Below are positions 29,941 through 39,618 of a stretch of 64,000 bases of DNA, piece by piece. Both the position numbers and the translations under genes were made by a program. Source of the stretch: an uncultured Rhabdochlamydiaceae bacterium (GTDB taxonomy: Bacteria; Chlamydiota; Chlamydiia; Chlamydiales; Rhabdochlamydiaceae); assembly GCA_963712275.1 (NCBI GenBank), contig CAVQHD010000001.1, forward strand, positions 352,001 to 416,000. The letters are read 5' to 3'. Under the pieces are notes generated by a model that saw only the letters and a list, made by a program, of their open reading frames with translations, did not search any database and was not told the origin of the DNA. The stretch's first letter is position 1. Each line of letters opens with the position of its first letter.

Positions 29941-32870
29941 CTCTCTTGATTTGTTTCAAACTCCGGCATCAGAGATAGATTTGTTCGGAAATTGAGCTCC
30001 GGGAGGGCCTCTTCTACGGCGGGGAGCTCTTTCTCTGGAGCATTTTTAGGGATCACCATCTGAAACTTAAAGAGAGCGTGAGCGATCTCGCTCTTCAAGT
30101 GTTCGCTGAGCGCATCAAAAAGCACAAATGCTTCATGTTTAAACTCAAGAAGAGGATCTTTTTGACCCACAGCCCGCAGATGAACCTCTGTTCTCAGGTG
30201 ATCAATTTGCAAAAGATGTTCTTGCCATTTCCGATCGATGCTTCGAATCAGAATACTCCGAACCACCTCTCGAAGGATTTCCTGCGCATTAAGAGTCTGA
30301 GATTCATCGGCAGATATTCTCTGCACTTTTTCAATGCCTTTTTGTTCGTGGGCAATTTTATGACGAAGCGCTTCCACAACCTTTTGAGACGCCCGATCCT
30401 CAATCTCTTGCACTGTGAGGTAATCGTTGTCAAATTCAGATGCATCAAATGTCATAGGGAAGTGAGTCATAAGCCACTCCCGAAATCCTTCAGGATTCCA
30501 CCCACCTTCGACTGAGCGGCTGATGAAAAATTTCTGCGCTTTTTGAAAACAGAGGCTCTCAACCACTTCTTCAGCGAGTTGAATGGGATGCGCATGGTGG
30601 AGCGCCTCGTTGCGGAACGTGTAGATTTCTGCGCGCTGTTTATTCATCACATCATCGTACTCAAGGGTATGCTTTCGCATTTGAGAATTCCGCTGCTCGA
30701 CCCTTTCTTGAGCCGTTGCAATCGATTTATTGAGCACCTTTGCAGAGATCGCCTCGCCTTCAGGAGGGCGGAACCGTTGCAGAAAAGAGGTAATCCGCGG
30801 AGAGAACCTCAAGAGAGCATCTTCAAAAGAGAGAAAAAACTTAGAACTCCCTGGATCTCCCTGACGAGCCGACCGGCCTCGAAGCTGCCGATCGATGCGC
30901 CTCGACTGGTGCCGCGTCGTTCCAATCACATGAAGCCCCCCAAGAGCTGCCACACCCTCCTGCAATTTGATATCGGTCCCTCGGCCTGCCATGTTGGTTG
31001 CAACAGTGATCGCCCCTCGCTGCCCTGCGAGCGCAATGATCTCCGCCTCTTTCGCATGATTTTTAGCATTCAAAACCGTATGCTCTAGCTTCCCTTGCCT
31101 CAAAATACGGGAGAGTTTTTCAGAAACATCAACCGATTCCGTTCCCATGAGAATCGGACGCCCTTGGCCATGCACCTGCTGAATCTCTTTTAGAATCGCG
31201 TGGTATTTCTCCCGCTCTGTCATATAGACTTCATCATCAGCATCTTTCCTCATACACGCTCGGTGCGTCGGTATCGCAAGTACATCGAGCTTATAGATCT
31301 CTTTAAATTCGTTTGCCTCTGTCATCGCAGTTCCAGTCATGCCGGCTAACTTGCCGTAAAGCCTAAAGTAGTTTTGGAGCGTAATCGTCGCATAAGTTTG
31401 CGTCTCCCCTTGGATCTCGACCCCTTCCTTAGCCTCTATCGCCTGGTGAAGCCCATCGGAAAAACGGCGTCCAGGCTGAGGGCGCCCTGTGTTCTCGTCA
31501 ATAATGACAATCTTCCCTTCAGCAATAATGTAATCGATATCTTTTTCCATCAAAAGGTGGGCCCTGAGAAGCTGCCTTAAATTATGGGCTTTTTCTTTCC
31601 GCTTGCTATCCTCTTCCTGAAGAGCCACTTTCTTTTGAAGCTTCTCCTGCTCCGTTATCGAGACATCTTGATCGACATTCAAATACTCGTACCCTAGGTC
31701 AAGCATCACAAAATCATCGATCGAATGCCCCATCTCAGCCCACAGATGAATCCCTTTATCTGTCAGCTCATATTCACTGCTCCGTTCGTCGACAATGATA
31801 TAAAGCTCTGCAAGAGTCTCAGCCCTCTCCTCTTTGTTTTGCTCGCCGTAATAGTAGACATCCCATGCATCGATCTCCACGCGCATTGCAGGATCTTCTT
31901 TAATTCGCTTCAGAATTTTATTGTGCGGCATCCCCTTCCCCACAAGCCACAACTTCCGAAACGCCTCTTTCACTTCAGCTTCTTCTGCCTTACCCAGTTT
32001 TGGCAATTCTCCTTCTACGAGGCGGCCATGACTTTCAAGCATTTTTCTAGCGTCCGTCGCAAACTTGCTACACAGATCCCTCTGAAAACGGACCAGTTGA
32101 GACACAGGATTTTTAAGAAGGCCATACATCTGCTGAGAGCCTGCGGCAGGCCCTGAGATAATCAGAGGCGTCCTTGCCTCGTCAATTAAGATCGAGTCGA
32201 CCTCGTCGATGATGGCAAAATAATGCCCCCGCTGACATTGATCTTCTGCCCTCTGCGCCATTGAATTATCACGCAAATAATCAAATCCAAACTCCGACGA
32301 TGTCCCGTAGACAATATCGGCTTCATAGACAGCTTTTCGCCGAAAATGAGGCGTTTGATTCGTCAAAGCTTGCACCTGGAGCCCAAGCCACCTAAAAATC
32401 GTTCCAATCCACTCGCAGTCGCGCTGAGCTAAGTAGTCGTTGACAGTGACAAGATGCACAGGCTTTCCCGTGAGTGCATTGAGATAGAGAGGCATGCAAG
32501 CCGTCAGCGTCTTTCCTTCTCCCGTTTGCATCTCCGCAATCGATCCATGGTGAAGGGCAATCGCCCCCAAAATTTGGACATCGTAGGGAATCATATCCCA
32601 TTTTTGGGAGTATCCAGAGACATGGATCTCCGTTCCCAAAAGTCGTCTACAAGCACTCTTCACAACCGCGTATGCTTCAGGAAGAATTTGATCAATACTC
32701 TCTCCCTTCGCCAAGCGACCCCGAAATTCCGCCGTTTTTCCCTTCAGCTCCTCATCCGAGATCGAAAGAAGCTTCTGTTCTTCCGCATTCACCTGCCGTA
32801 CAATTTTATGATATTTCTTGAGAAGTCGCGTCTGCTGCGTTCCAAAAATATGCTTTAATATCCCAAACAT
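29937..32870 (-). CDS. secA: Preprotein translocase ATPase SecA
   Basis: EMQTGEGKT, DEVDSILIDEARTPLIISG and ATNMAGRGTDI. Confidence 0.98.
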   Translation of the reverse strand: MFGILKHIFGTQQTRLLKKYHKIVRQVNAEEQKLLSISDEELKGKTAEFRGRLAKGESIDQILPEAYAVVKSACRRLLGTEIHVSGYSQKWDMIPYDVQILGAIALHHGSIAEMQTGEGKTLTACMPLYLNALTGKPVHLVTVNDYLAQRDCEWIGTIFRWLGLQVQALTNQTPHFRRKAVYEADIVYGTSSEFGFDYLRDNSMAQRAEDQCQRGHYFAIIDEVDSILIDEARTPLIISGPAAGSQQMYGLLKNPVSQLVRFQRDLCSKFATDARKMLESHGRLVEGELPKLGKAEEAEVKEAFRKLWLVGKGMPHNKILKRIKEDPAMRVEIDAWDVYYYGEQNKEERAETLAELYIIVDERSSEYELTDKGIHLWAEMGHSIDDFVMLDLGYEYLNVDQDVSITEQEKLQKKVALQEEDSKRKEKAHNLRQLLRAHLLMEKDIDYIIAEGKIVIIDENTGRPQPGRRFSDGLHQAIEAKEGVEIQGETQTYATITLQNYFRLYGKLAGMTGTAMTEANEFKEIYKLDVLAIPTHRACMRKDADDEVYMTEREKYHAILKEIQQVHGQGRPILMGTESVDVSEKLSRILRQGKLEHTVLNAKNHAKEAEIIALAGQRGAITVATNMAGRGTDIKLQEGVAALGGLHVIGTTRHQSRRIDRQLRGRSARQGDPGSSKFFLSFEDALLRFSPRITSFLQRFRPPEGEAISAKVLNKSIATAQERVEQRNSQMRKHTLEYDDVMNKQRAEIYTFRNEALHHAHPIQLAEEVVESLCFQKAQKFFISRSVEGGWNPEGFREWLMTHFPMTFDASEFDNDYLTVQEIEDRASQKVVEALRHKIAHEQKGIEKVQRISADESQTLNAQEILREVVRSILIRSIDRKWQEHLLQIDHLRTEVHLRAVGQKDPLLEFKHEAFVLFDALSEHLKSEIAHALFKFQMVIPKNAPEKELPAVEEALPELNFRTNLSLMPEFETNQES

Positions 32871-33113
32871 ACATCTCCTAGCTTCAACCAGAATACCATC
32901 TTTGCTCAAAATGAGGAAATTGTAAAACTCGCTTTGGAGGCCAGATCCGATGATTTTGCCGCTGGGCCCTCTTCTCCGTAAATTGGCATACTCGAGAGAG
33001 TAGACGATTTACGGAGAAGAGGACCCAGCGGCAAAAGCGCGGATTTGGCCCCAAATTGGAGCTTTACAGTTCCCTCAGGCAAAAAAAGGTTCACTTAAGG
33101 TAACATATACTCC

Positions 33114-33461
33114 ATGAATGCAAAGAAATTATTTTTTTTACTCCTTCTGATCCCCGCTTTTATCACCGCTGTTTCAAGAGAAGGAGAAGAGCTTCAAATT
33201 TTCGACGATTTAATCGCCTCCGCAGAGAGGCAGCTCATCCTCCACAAAGAGATGCGCGCCCTCATCTCAGATTTCCATCAGCAGCAAGACCGTTTTCATC
33301 AAGGGGAACAAACCAAAGAACTCGCCATCCAGATGGTTCAAACAGCCTCTCAAATCTTAAAAAACGCCGAAGAGAACAACCTGCTTCATCTATTCACCCC
33401 CTTCTTCATTGAAGAGCTCAAACTCTTCTCAGGCATTGCCAAGAAAAAAACCACTCCATGA
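33114..33461 (+). CDS. Hypothetical exported protein
   Basis: Signal-peptide-like N-terminus; ATGA overlap with psd. Confidence 0.65.
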   Translation: MNAKKLFFLLLLIPAFITAVSREGEELQIFDDLIASAERQLILHKEMRALISDFHQQQDRFHQGEQTKELAIQMVQTASQILKNAEENNLLHLFTPFFIEELKLFSGIAKKKTTP

Positions 33462-34372
33462 CAACACTCCGCTATATTGACCGTACCACTCAAGTCGAGA
33501 AACGGGAAAAAGTGTATGGAGGCTTTTTTATCCGCCTCTTCTACAGCCCCCATCTTGTCTCTCGTATTCTTGCAAAAACCCTCCTCCCTCTCTTCTCACG
33601 GTTTCATTTTCCTTCAAGACTCTACGGCGCCTTGCAGAAAACACCTTTAAGCCGCCTAAAAATCAAACGATTCATCAAAAAATTCCACGTCGACCCCTCT
33701 GAATTTCAAGAGCCCGTCGAATCGTTCAAAAGTTTTAATGATTTTTTTATTCGGAAGCTAAAACCCTCCTGCCGCCCTATCGATCCCCATGAAAAGGTCG
33801 CCGTTCTACCCGCAGACGCGCGGTACCTCGTTTTTCCAAGGATTGACAAGTCTCCAGGTTTTTTCGTGAAAGGGAAAAAGTTTTCCCTCACCACCCTTCT
33901 ACAAGACGCCCCCCTCGCAAAGAAATATGCTCAAGGGACCATGGTCATCGCCCGTCTTGCCCCCGTCGATTACCACCGATTCCACTTCCCCTGCGACGGC
34001 ATCGCCCACACCCCCTCCCTCATCCCTGGCCCCCTCTATTCCGTCAACCCCATCGCCCTCAAAAAAAACACCTCCATCCTCGCCGAAAACAAACGGATGA
34101 TCACCGCTTTTGACACAATCTACTTCGGCACAGTTCTCTCCATTGAAATCGGCGCCACCTACGTCGGCACCATCCACCAAACCTTCACTCCCGAAACCTT
34201 TCAAAAAAAAGGGGCGCCCAAAGGGTACTTCTCCTTTGGAGGATCGTGCCTCATCCTCCTCTTCCCACCCAACACCATCCAACTCGACCAAGACCTCACC
34301 CTCGCCTCCTCCCGCTCCCTCGAAACCCTCGGCCACCTCGGTCAATCGCTCGGAAAGCATATAACATCCTAA
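33458..34372 (+). CDS. psd: Phosphatidylserine decarboxylase proenzyme
   Basis: FNDFFIRKLK, RLAPVDYHRFH and FGGS cleavage motif. Confidence 0.95.
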   Translation: MTTLRYIDRTTQVEKREKVYGGFFIRLFYSPHLVSRILAKTLLPLFSRFHFPSRLYGALQKTPLSRLKIKRFIKKFHVDPSEFQEPVESFKSFNDFFIRKLKPSCRPIDPHEKVAVLPADARYLVFPRIDKSPGFFVKGKKFSLTTLLQDAPLAKKYAQGTMVIARLAPVDYHRFHFPCDGIAHTPSLIPGPLYSVNPIALKKNTSILAENKRMITAFDTIYFGTVLSIEIGATYVGTIHQTFTPETFQKKGAPKGYFSFGGSCLILLFPPNTIQLDQDLTLASSRSLETLGHLGQSLGKHITS

Positions 34373-34455
34373 TTTCCAGCAACTTAAAAACATTTAACAA
34401 AAAAACAACAAAATATGTTAAAACAATATCATTAAAAATCGGAGCAGATTAACAA

Positions 34456-35193
34456 ATGGTCGTTTCTTTAAACTCTTTAAAACCAACCCCTGTCTCTTTT
34501 TCTAACTTTATTCAGTCCAACTGGAAAGCTGTTGCGCTTGTCATTGGAGGCCTCTTTTTCACCTGTATCGTGCGCATGATCTATTCCAAGCCTTCACCTC
34601 CCCAAAAGCGTCCTCCTCTGACCGTTAAAGAGATCGTCCGAACAATGGTCAGCACAACATATCAGGGCCATTTGCAGTATATCGAGAAAGAGCTAAGCAA
34701 GCTCCCTCCTCCTAACCTTGCATCAACATCTCCTGACGCCTTTAAAGTTGATTTAAAAGGCGTATGTTATTCCTTTAGTTCTCTGGAAGATTTGGGAAAG
34801 CATTCAGCTTATTTTGCTGCCTTTCAACATCAGTCTCAATCCCGATCCACTTGCACACTCGACAACACCACAGCTCCGGAAATCGAAGACCTCCACGCTT
34901 CACTATCACTTGCTTTATCCTATCTACAAGGGCAGCCTGCTAATCTGCAAGAACCCTATGCACTCCTTCAAGCCGCCAGCTTCTTGCAAATTCCTCGTTT
35001 AATCCTTTTATGCGAACAAAAATTAGCTCAGATGGCCGAAAGAGGCGATCTTGACTTTGACGACGATTTTTCTGCAGATGATCTCGCATGGCTCAAAAAA
35101 CAGGCCCCCTCCCTTTGCACAATCTTCTTTTTAACAAAGGCTCAAGCCCTCACAGAGGAAAACAAACAGGGCAGCCGTGATGCTTCCCTCTAG
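34456..35193 (+). CDS. TM + BTB-like protein, short paralog of 11056-12480
   Basis: Shares NWKxxALxxGG...RMxYSK and the BTB region (LLQAASFLQIPRLILLCE); has no Ubl domain. Confidence 0.75.
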   Translation: MVVSLNSLKPTPVSFSNFIQSNWKAVALVIGGLFFTCIVRMIYSKPSPPQKRPPLTVKEIVRTMVSTTYQGHLQYIEKELSKLPPPNLASTSPDAFKVDLKGVCYSFSSLEDLGKHSAYFAAFQHQSQSRSTCTLDNTTAPEIEDLHASLSLALSYLQGQPANLQEPYALLQAASFLQIPRLILLCEQKLAQMAERGDLDFDDDFSADDLAWLKKQAPSLCTIFFLTKAQALTEENKQGSRDASL

Positions 35194-35764
35194 CAGGGCA
35201 AAACTTTCGAGCAAAATAGATGATTTGCAGATGAAGTTTAATCCAATCCTTTCTAGGGAAAATCCTCTTTAAATCCCGTTCAACCGCCTCCACCGTTTTC
35301 CCTCTGCTAAGCCCCCACCTGCGTGCGCACCGAAAGATATGCGTGTCCACCGGAAAAGCCGCCACGCCAAAAGCTTGCGCCATGACAACAGACGCCGTTT
35401 TATGCCCGACACCTGGAAGCGCTTCAAGCGCCTTAAACGACCTCGGAACTTTTCCCCCATGCTTTTCCACCAAAATCTCCGATAGCTTCCAAATGTTTTT
35501 CGCCTTGGTTGGCGAAAGACCGCACGGCTTGATCACCCCTTGAATCTCTTCAACCGAGAGCTGCACCATCTGCTCAGGCGTCGAGGCTTTAGCAAATAGT
35601 TTCGGCGTCACCTGATTCACCTTTGCATCGGTATTGCGCGCCGAGAGCACAACCGCCACCAATAGCGTATATGCATCACGATGCTGCAGCGGCGGCTGCG
35701 GATCGGGAAAATACCCATCCAATACCTCCTGAATCCATCGCGCTTTCTCCCGTTGCTTTGTCAT
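35150..35764 (-). CDS. nth: Endonuclease III
   Basis: HhH LPGVGHKTA and VDTH motifs. Confidence 0.93.
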   Translation of the reverse strand: MTKQREKARWIQEVLDGYFPDPQPPLQHRDAYTLLVAVVLSARNTDAKVNQVTPKLFAKASTPEQMVQLSVEEIQGVIKPCGLSPTKAKNIWKLSEILVEKHGGKVPRSFKALEALPGVGHKTASVVMAQAFGVAAFPVDTHIFRCARRWGLSRGKTVEAVERDLKRIFPRKDWIKLHLQIIYFARKFCPARGKHHGCPVCFPL

Positions 35765-35776
35765 GAAACACTCTCG

Positions 35777-36822
35777 CTAGCTATTCAACGCAACGCTTTC
35801 TTTAAAGGGAGCCTGAGCAGCATGAATTAACTCTAAGGTGTACATTCCTTCTGGGCTTATGCTTATTGCCTGAATCAATTTTAATTGCTCTGAGTCAATC
35901 TTCGTCTTAGCCCGTTTAATCAGCTCTTTTTCACACAAATACGAGAGTTTTGGAAAGTCCAAAGAATGTGCAACTTTTCTGAGGTTACAAAGAACATCGA
36001 AATGCAGATTTTCAAAATTGACAGGCTTCCCAAGTAAAAGATCGATTAACATCTCCCACACTTGATCCGGTAATATCGGCAAATCAGGAAATATGCTATT
36101 CAAGTTGATCTCATCTCCTAGAGATGGTAATTTGAGAATTTCCCTGCTTAAGACCTCACGACAAAAGCTGTACGTTTGATTGTTGATCTTCACCTTACAG
36201 TTCTGTTCCTTAACATAGGAGTGCCTACCCACTTCCTGGTCACTAGGGTAACCTTTGAGCTTTTCCTGAAACGCTTTCTCAAATGAGTAGTCAATTAAGT
36301 AGTCGGCTAAACGATGAAGATTGCTGTCCACTTTTTTGATCAAAGGAACGATTAAAAACTGATCCCACTCCTCGAACGTCATGGTATACGTTTTGCCATC
36401 ATAGTCCGCAGCGATGGGACCGGGCTTTCTCTCTCGCGTCCAAGCATATTGCCGAGCAACAACGAGATCCATTTTAAACCATATTATTTCTTGATGATAA
36501 TTGGTAATTTTATGTTCGCCAATATTTTTATTTGTATTAATAAAAAACTTTAGCTCGCGTACTTTAACCATAGCTTTCCCACACATATCATGGGCATCTT
36601 GATTGCAAGAAAAAATTTTAAAAACTCCCTCAAACATCCGAGATAGCTTCTCTAAATCGCATATCTCAATAAAAATCTCTTTACTTATGATGCCGCCCAC
36701 GCGGCACAATTCACGATCAACAAAAACAAGCTGCGAGCGAGGTAGTTTTATTGGAGGTGGACGGTCAGCTGTTTCTTTACTAATGCGCTCTTCAAAAATT
36801 ATTTTATAAATTGGATCCTCAA
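35777..36822 (-). pseudogene. 5'-truncated gene with a BTB-like C-terminus, cut by IS1634
   Basis: The frame of ORF 35777-36709 stays open up to the IS end at 36823; C-terminus LRKVAHSLDFPKLSYLCEKEL. Confidence 0.6.
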
Positions 36823-38728
36823 CCCGAGTTTGACAGCTGATTTTTGCAAGTTTCTGTTTTATAGCAACTTATGAAAAATAAAAATACGTGTGCCACTACA
36901 TTTTTAAGGGAATAGGCGGATCTAGAGTGAAATATGTTTTAAGACTTTTGGAGGAATTGGCGTACCGATAGCCTTGAGAAGCTGTGCAGCATTGCCTTTG
37001 ATGTCGTTCCTAACCCACACGAGATTATCTTTGAGCTTAACAGGCATTGCTCTTACTTCTGCTAATTCTTGCATGGCCTCTAGTACGGTTAGGGGTCTCT
37101 TGCCAATCTGACCTTCATCGATCGCCTTGCTCTCCAATATCACTCCTTTTTCTCGGAGCAATTTAGTCATCTGCGCTTCGCAAAAGTAGGCGAGAAAGCA
37201 CATGGTGAGGTGCCCTCTAATGCGATTGTCATTCCAGTGATAGAGGGGACGAGTTTTGAGAGTCCCTTTGATTTCTCCAAACGCATCTTCTACTATCCAG
37301 AGGTGCTTATACGCAGTGAGGATCTCGCTCGCGTTCATCTGATCCGCGGATACATTGGTGATGACTCCAAAAAAACCATCCTTAAGCGCTTCCTTTGCAA
37401 TTGCCTCTTTGTTGAGTTGAGGGGTGCCATCTTGTAAACCAGCAACGTATTTGTTGTAGTTTTTGTTTGTTACAAAATCCTTGGGAGTCGTTTTCTTTTT
37501 CTTGAAGATCTTCTTTGTGAGTTTTTCTAAAATGTCTTCTCGGGTTTTTCTGTCGCGTTCAGCGCGTTGACGGGACCATGTGATGATACAACGGTCATTG
37601 CCATGCTTTGTCTCATACCATTCTAGACCGTCGTTCACTTTGGTAAAGCGGTTGCGATCGTAGAATTCGTCATGACGCTGTTTGATCTGCCCTAGTTTCA
37701 TGCCTACGATAAACTCTCCGTCCCTTTGATGCCCGCACAGAGTTCGGATATGGTCCAGATTTTTTGCAGAGAAGAGCCCTCGATCGGCCACAAAGATAAA
37801 TCTTCGCACTTTGAATTTGGTGCGTATCCGTTGGACAATATCAACCAGAGTTGCTCCCTCGAAAGTATTGCCAGGGTAGACCTCAAAACCAAGAGGAATG
37901 CCGTCAGTGTCAACGAGTAGCCCGAGTATGATTTGCGTACAATCGCTGCGCATCTCTTTGGAATATCCAAAACGGCGAAGCTCTCCTAGGTCTTCTCTGG
38001 TGCTTTCGAAACGCAAGGTGGTGAGATCGTAGAGGACTACATCGACTGATAAGGTGAGTAGATTACGATTATTCCAATACAGCTCATTTTCTATCTGTTC
38101 TTTATGATCGCTAAGAAAATCTAAGGATCGATAGAAGTACTGTAACTCGGCTTTCTTAGAAAGCATCTCTGGATACAACCTATCTTGCCATCGCTCGAAA
38201 ACCTTGAGCTTTGAGCTTGGTCGAAGGAAACGACATATGATCATAGTGAAAATGACTTGACAGAGATCGAATTCCAGTTGAGGATGTTGTGCAGTGATTT
38301 TATGGAGAATACGATCAATACCAAAGAGGTTGAAGATATGTTGCACGGCTAAGAGAGGCCCCAGAGTATACGTGTCCTCAATATCGAGTGATTTGGCTGC
38401 CTCGACTGCGGTAAGAATTTCTTTATGTTTGCTGATGGCTGAGATCAACTTATCGAGTCCATCTTCTCCCACTTTTCCTAGCGACAGCAGAGTACGTTGT
38501 CTCACCTTGCCTTGATCACGATAAGACTCCACAAGATGGTAGTAAGAGACGCCCTTTTTATTTTTAGTGATTTTTATGAACATAACAACATAGATATCGT
38601 GTTCATTTCTTTTTTGTCAATTTTTCATTGATAAATTTTTCCAATGGTGTTCATTACATTTTCCGGTTTTTCCAAGACTCCTCATAGAGGAACAGGCTCA
38701 AAAAACGCGATTAGCTGTCAAACTCGGG
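36823..38728 (-). mobile_element. IS1634-family element, 1906 bp, 16-bp TIR CCCGAGTTTGACAGCT, no TSD
   Basis: TIRs at 36823-36838 and 38713-38728; flanks CCTCAA and AGCTAT differ. Confidence 0.9.
36922..38583 (-). CDS. IS1634-family transposase
   Basis: LVESYR...RQRTL, YDLTT, FGYSK, VADRG and VEDAF motifs. Confidence 0.92.
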   Translation of the reverse strand: MFIKITKNKKGVSYYHLVESYRDQGKVRQRTLLSLGKVGEDGLDKLISAISKHKEILTAVEAAKSLDIEDTYTLGPLLAVQHIFNLFGIDRILHKITAQHPQLEFDLCQVIFTMIICRFLRPSSKLKVFERWQDRLYPEMLSKKAELQYFYRSLDFLSDHKEQIENELYWNNRNLLTLSVDVVLYDLTTLRFESTREDLGELRRFGYSKEMRSDCTQIILGLLVDTDGIPLGFEVYPGNTFEGATLVDIVQRIRTKFKVRRFIFVADRGLFSAKNLDHIRTLCGHQRDGEFIVGMKLGQIKQRHDEFYDRNRFTKVNDGLEWYETKHGNDRCIITWSRQRAERDRKTREDILEKLTKKIFKKKKTTPKDFVTNKNYNKYVAGLQDGTPQLNKEAIAKEALKDGFFGVITNVSADQMNASEILTAYKHLWIVEDAFGEIKGTLKTRPLYHWNDNRIRGHLTMCFLAYFCEAQMTKLLREKGVILESKAIDEGQIGKRPLTVLEAMQELAEVRAMPVKLKDNLVWVRNDIKGNAAQLLKAIGTPIPPKVLKHISL

Positions 38729-38736
38729 AGCTATTG

Positions 38737-39618
38737 TCACTTCTCAGCGACTACTGTAGGGAAAACATGCAATCTATCATAATGAAAAGTTACTTGCGAA
38801 AAACCTACTTCTCTAAGCTCACTTTCAAATTCATTAGAAGTACGAAAATTACGCCACTGTAAATCAAGTATATTTTTATACAGAACAGTTTCCAGAAAAA
38901 GGTCTTTGGGAGCGATCTCGTCAAGATGCCATTCTGAAGGCATGTTCTCCCCAGGAGGATAGGTAAGAAATCCAATAATCAGTTTTCCCTCAGGTTTCAG
39001 AGCTCTTACAAATTGACGATAAAGATCTAAGACTTTTTGCCTATTTGATATGTAAATATTAAGACCACAACTTGCTATTAGATCTATCTCGGAATTATAT
39101 GGGAGCTGCCAAGCATCATATTGGCATATGTTTAAATGTTGAGTAAGTCCCCGCTTTTCTCCTAGCTGTTGTGCAAGAAACAAAGAATCCGGGTCGATAT
39201 CTATTCCGATAATTCTAAAATTAGAGATATAAGAATAATCTAATTGTAAAAGCTCTCTCATTGCTCCACAGGGGATAGAAGCTAAGGTCATCCCATCTTT
39301 TAAATTTTCTTGAATAATTTTTTGAAAATTTTCTGCTAGCTCACGCCAAGCTAAAATAAAAGGAGAGCGATTCAGAATGAAGTCTTCTAAATTGGTGCGT
39401 CCCTTTTGGCCAAGATAAGTTATTATGAAATCAGTCCAAAAAGTATCAATCGATTTTTTTCCTAAAAGAACTTGTCCTAAAGGGAATTGATATAATTCAT
39501 TAATATAACTCAATTGATCTTCAACTGAAACATGAGACAAATTGCCTCTTTTAATAATTTTAGATTTTAAATTCTTTAATGCAGTTTGGAAAGACTGTGT
39601 TAATTGCTTGTTATCCAT
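38737..39618 (-). CDS. Class I SAM-dependent methyltransferase
   Basis: ASIPCG, GIDID, DAW and LKPEGKL motifs; 8-bp overlap with the upstream gene. Confidence 0.85.
   Translation of the reverse strand: MDNKQLTQSFQTALKNLKSKIIKRGNLSHVSVEDQLSYINELYQFPLGQVLLGKKSIDTFWTDFIITYLGQKGRTNLEDFILNRSPFILAWRELAENFQKIIQENLKDGMTLASIPCGAMRELLQLDYSYISNFRIIGIDIDPDSLFLAQQLGEKRGLTQHLNICQYDAWQLPYNSEIDLIASCGLNIYISNRQKVLDLYRQFVRALKPEGKLIIGFLTYPPGENMPSEWHLDEIAPKDLFLETVLYKNILDLQWRNFRTSNEFESELREVGFSQVTFHYDRLHVFPTVVAEK

Noticed and set aside
31560..32110. Large insertion in SecA (and the long loop in SdhC)
   Set aside because: In frame, with no intein or TIR/TSD signs; consistent with long chlamydial forms.
33899..34393. 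Antisense/alternate-frame ORFs over psd, sdhB, secA, fusA and other core genes
   Set aside because: Shadow ORFs caused by codon bias; no motifs or RBS.
35150..35200. Endonuclease III with only three C-terminal cysteines
   Set aside because: As I recall this is typical of chlamydial Nth, so it is not treated as a lesion.
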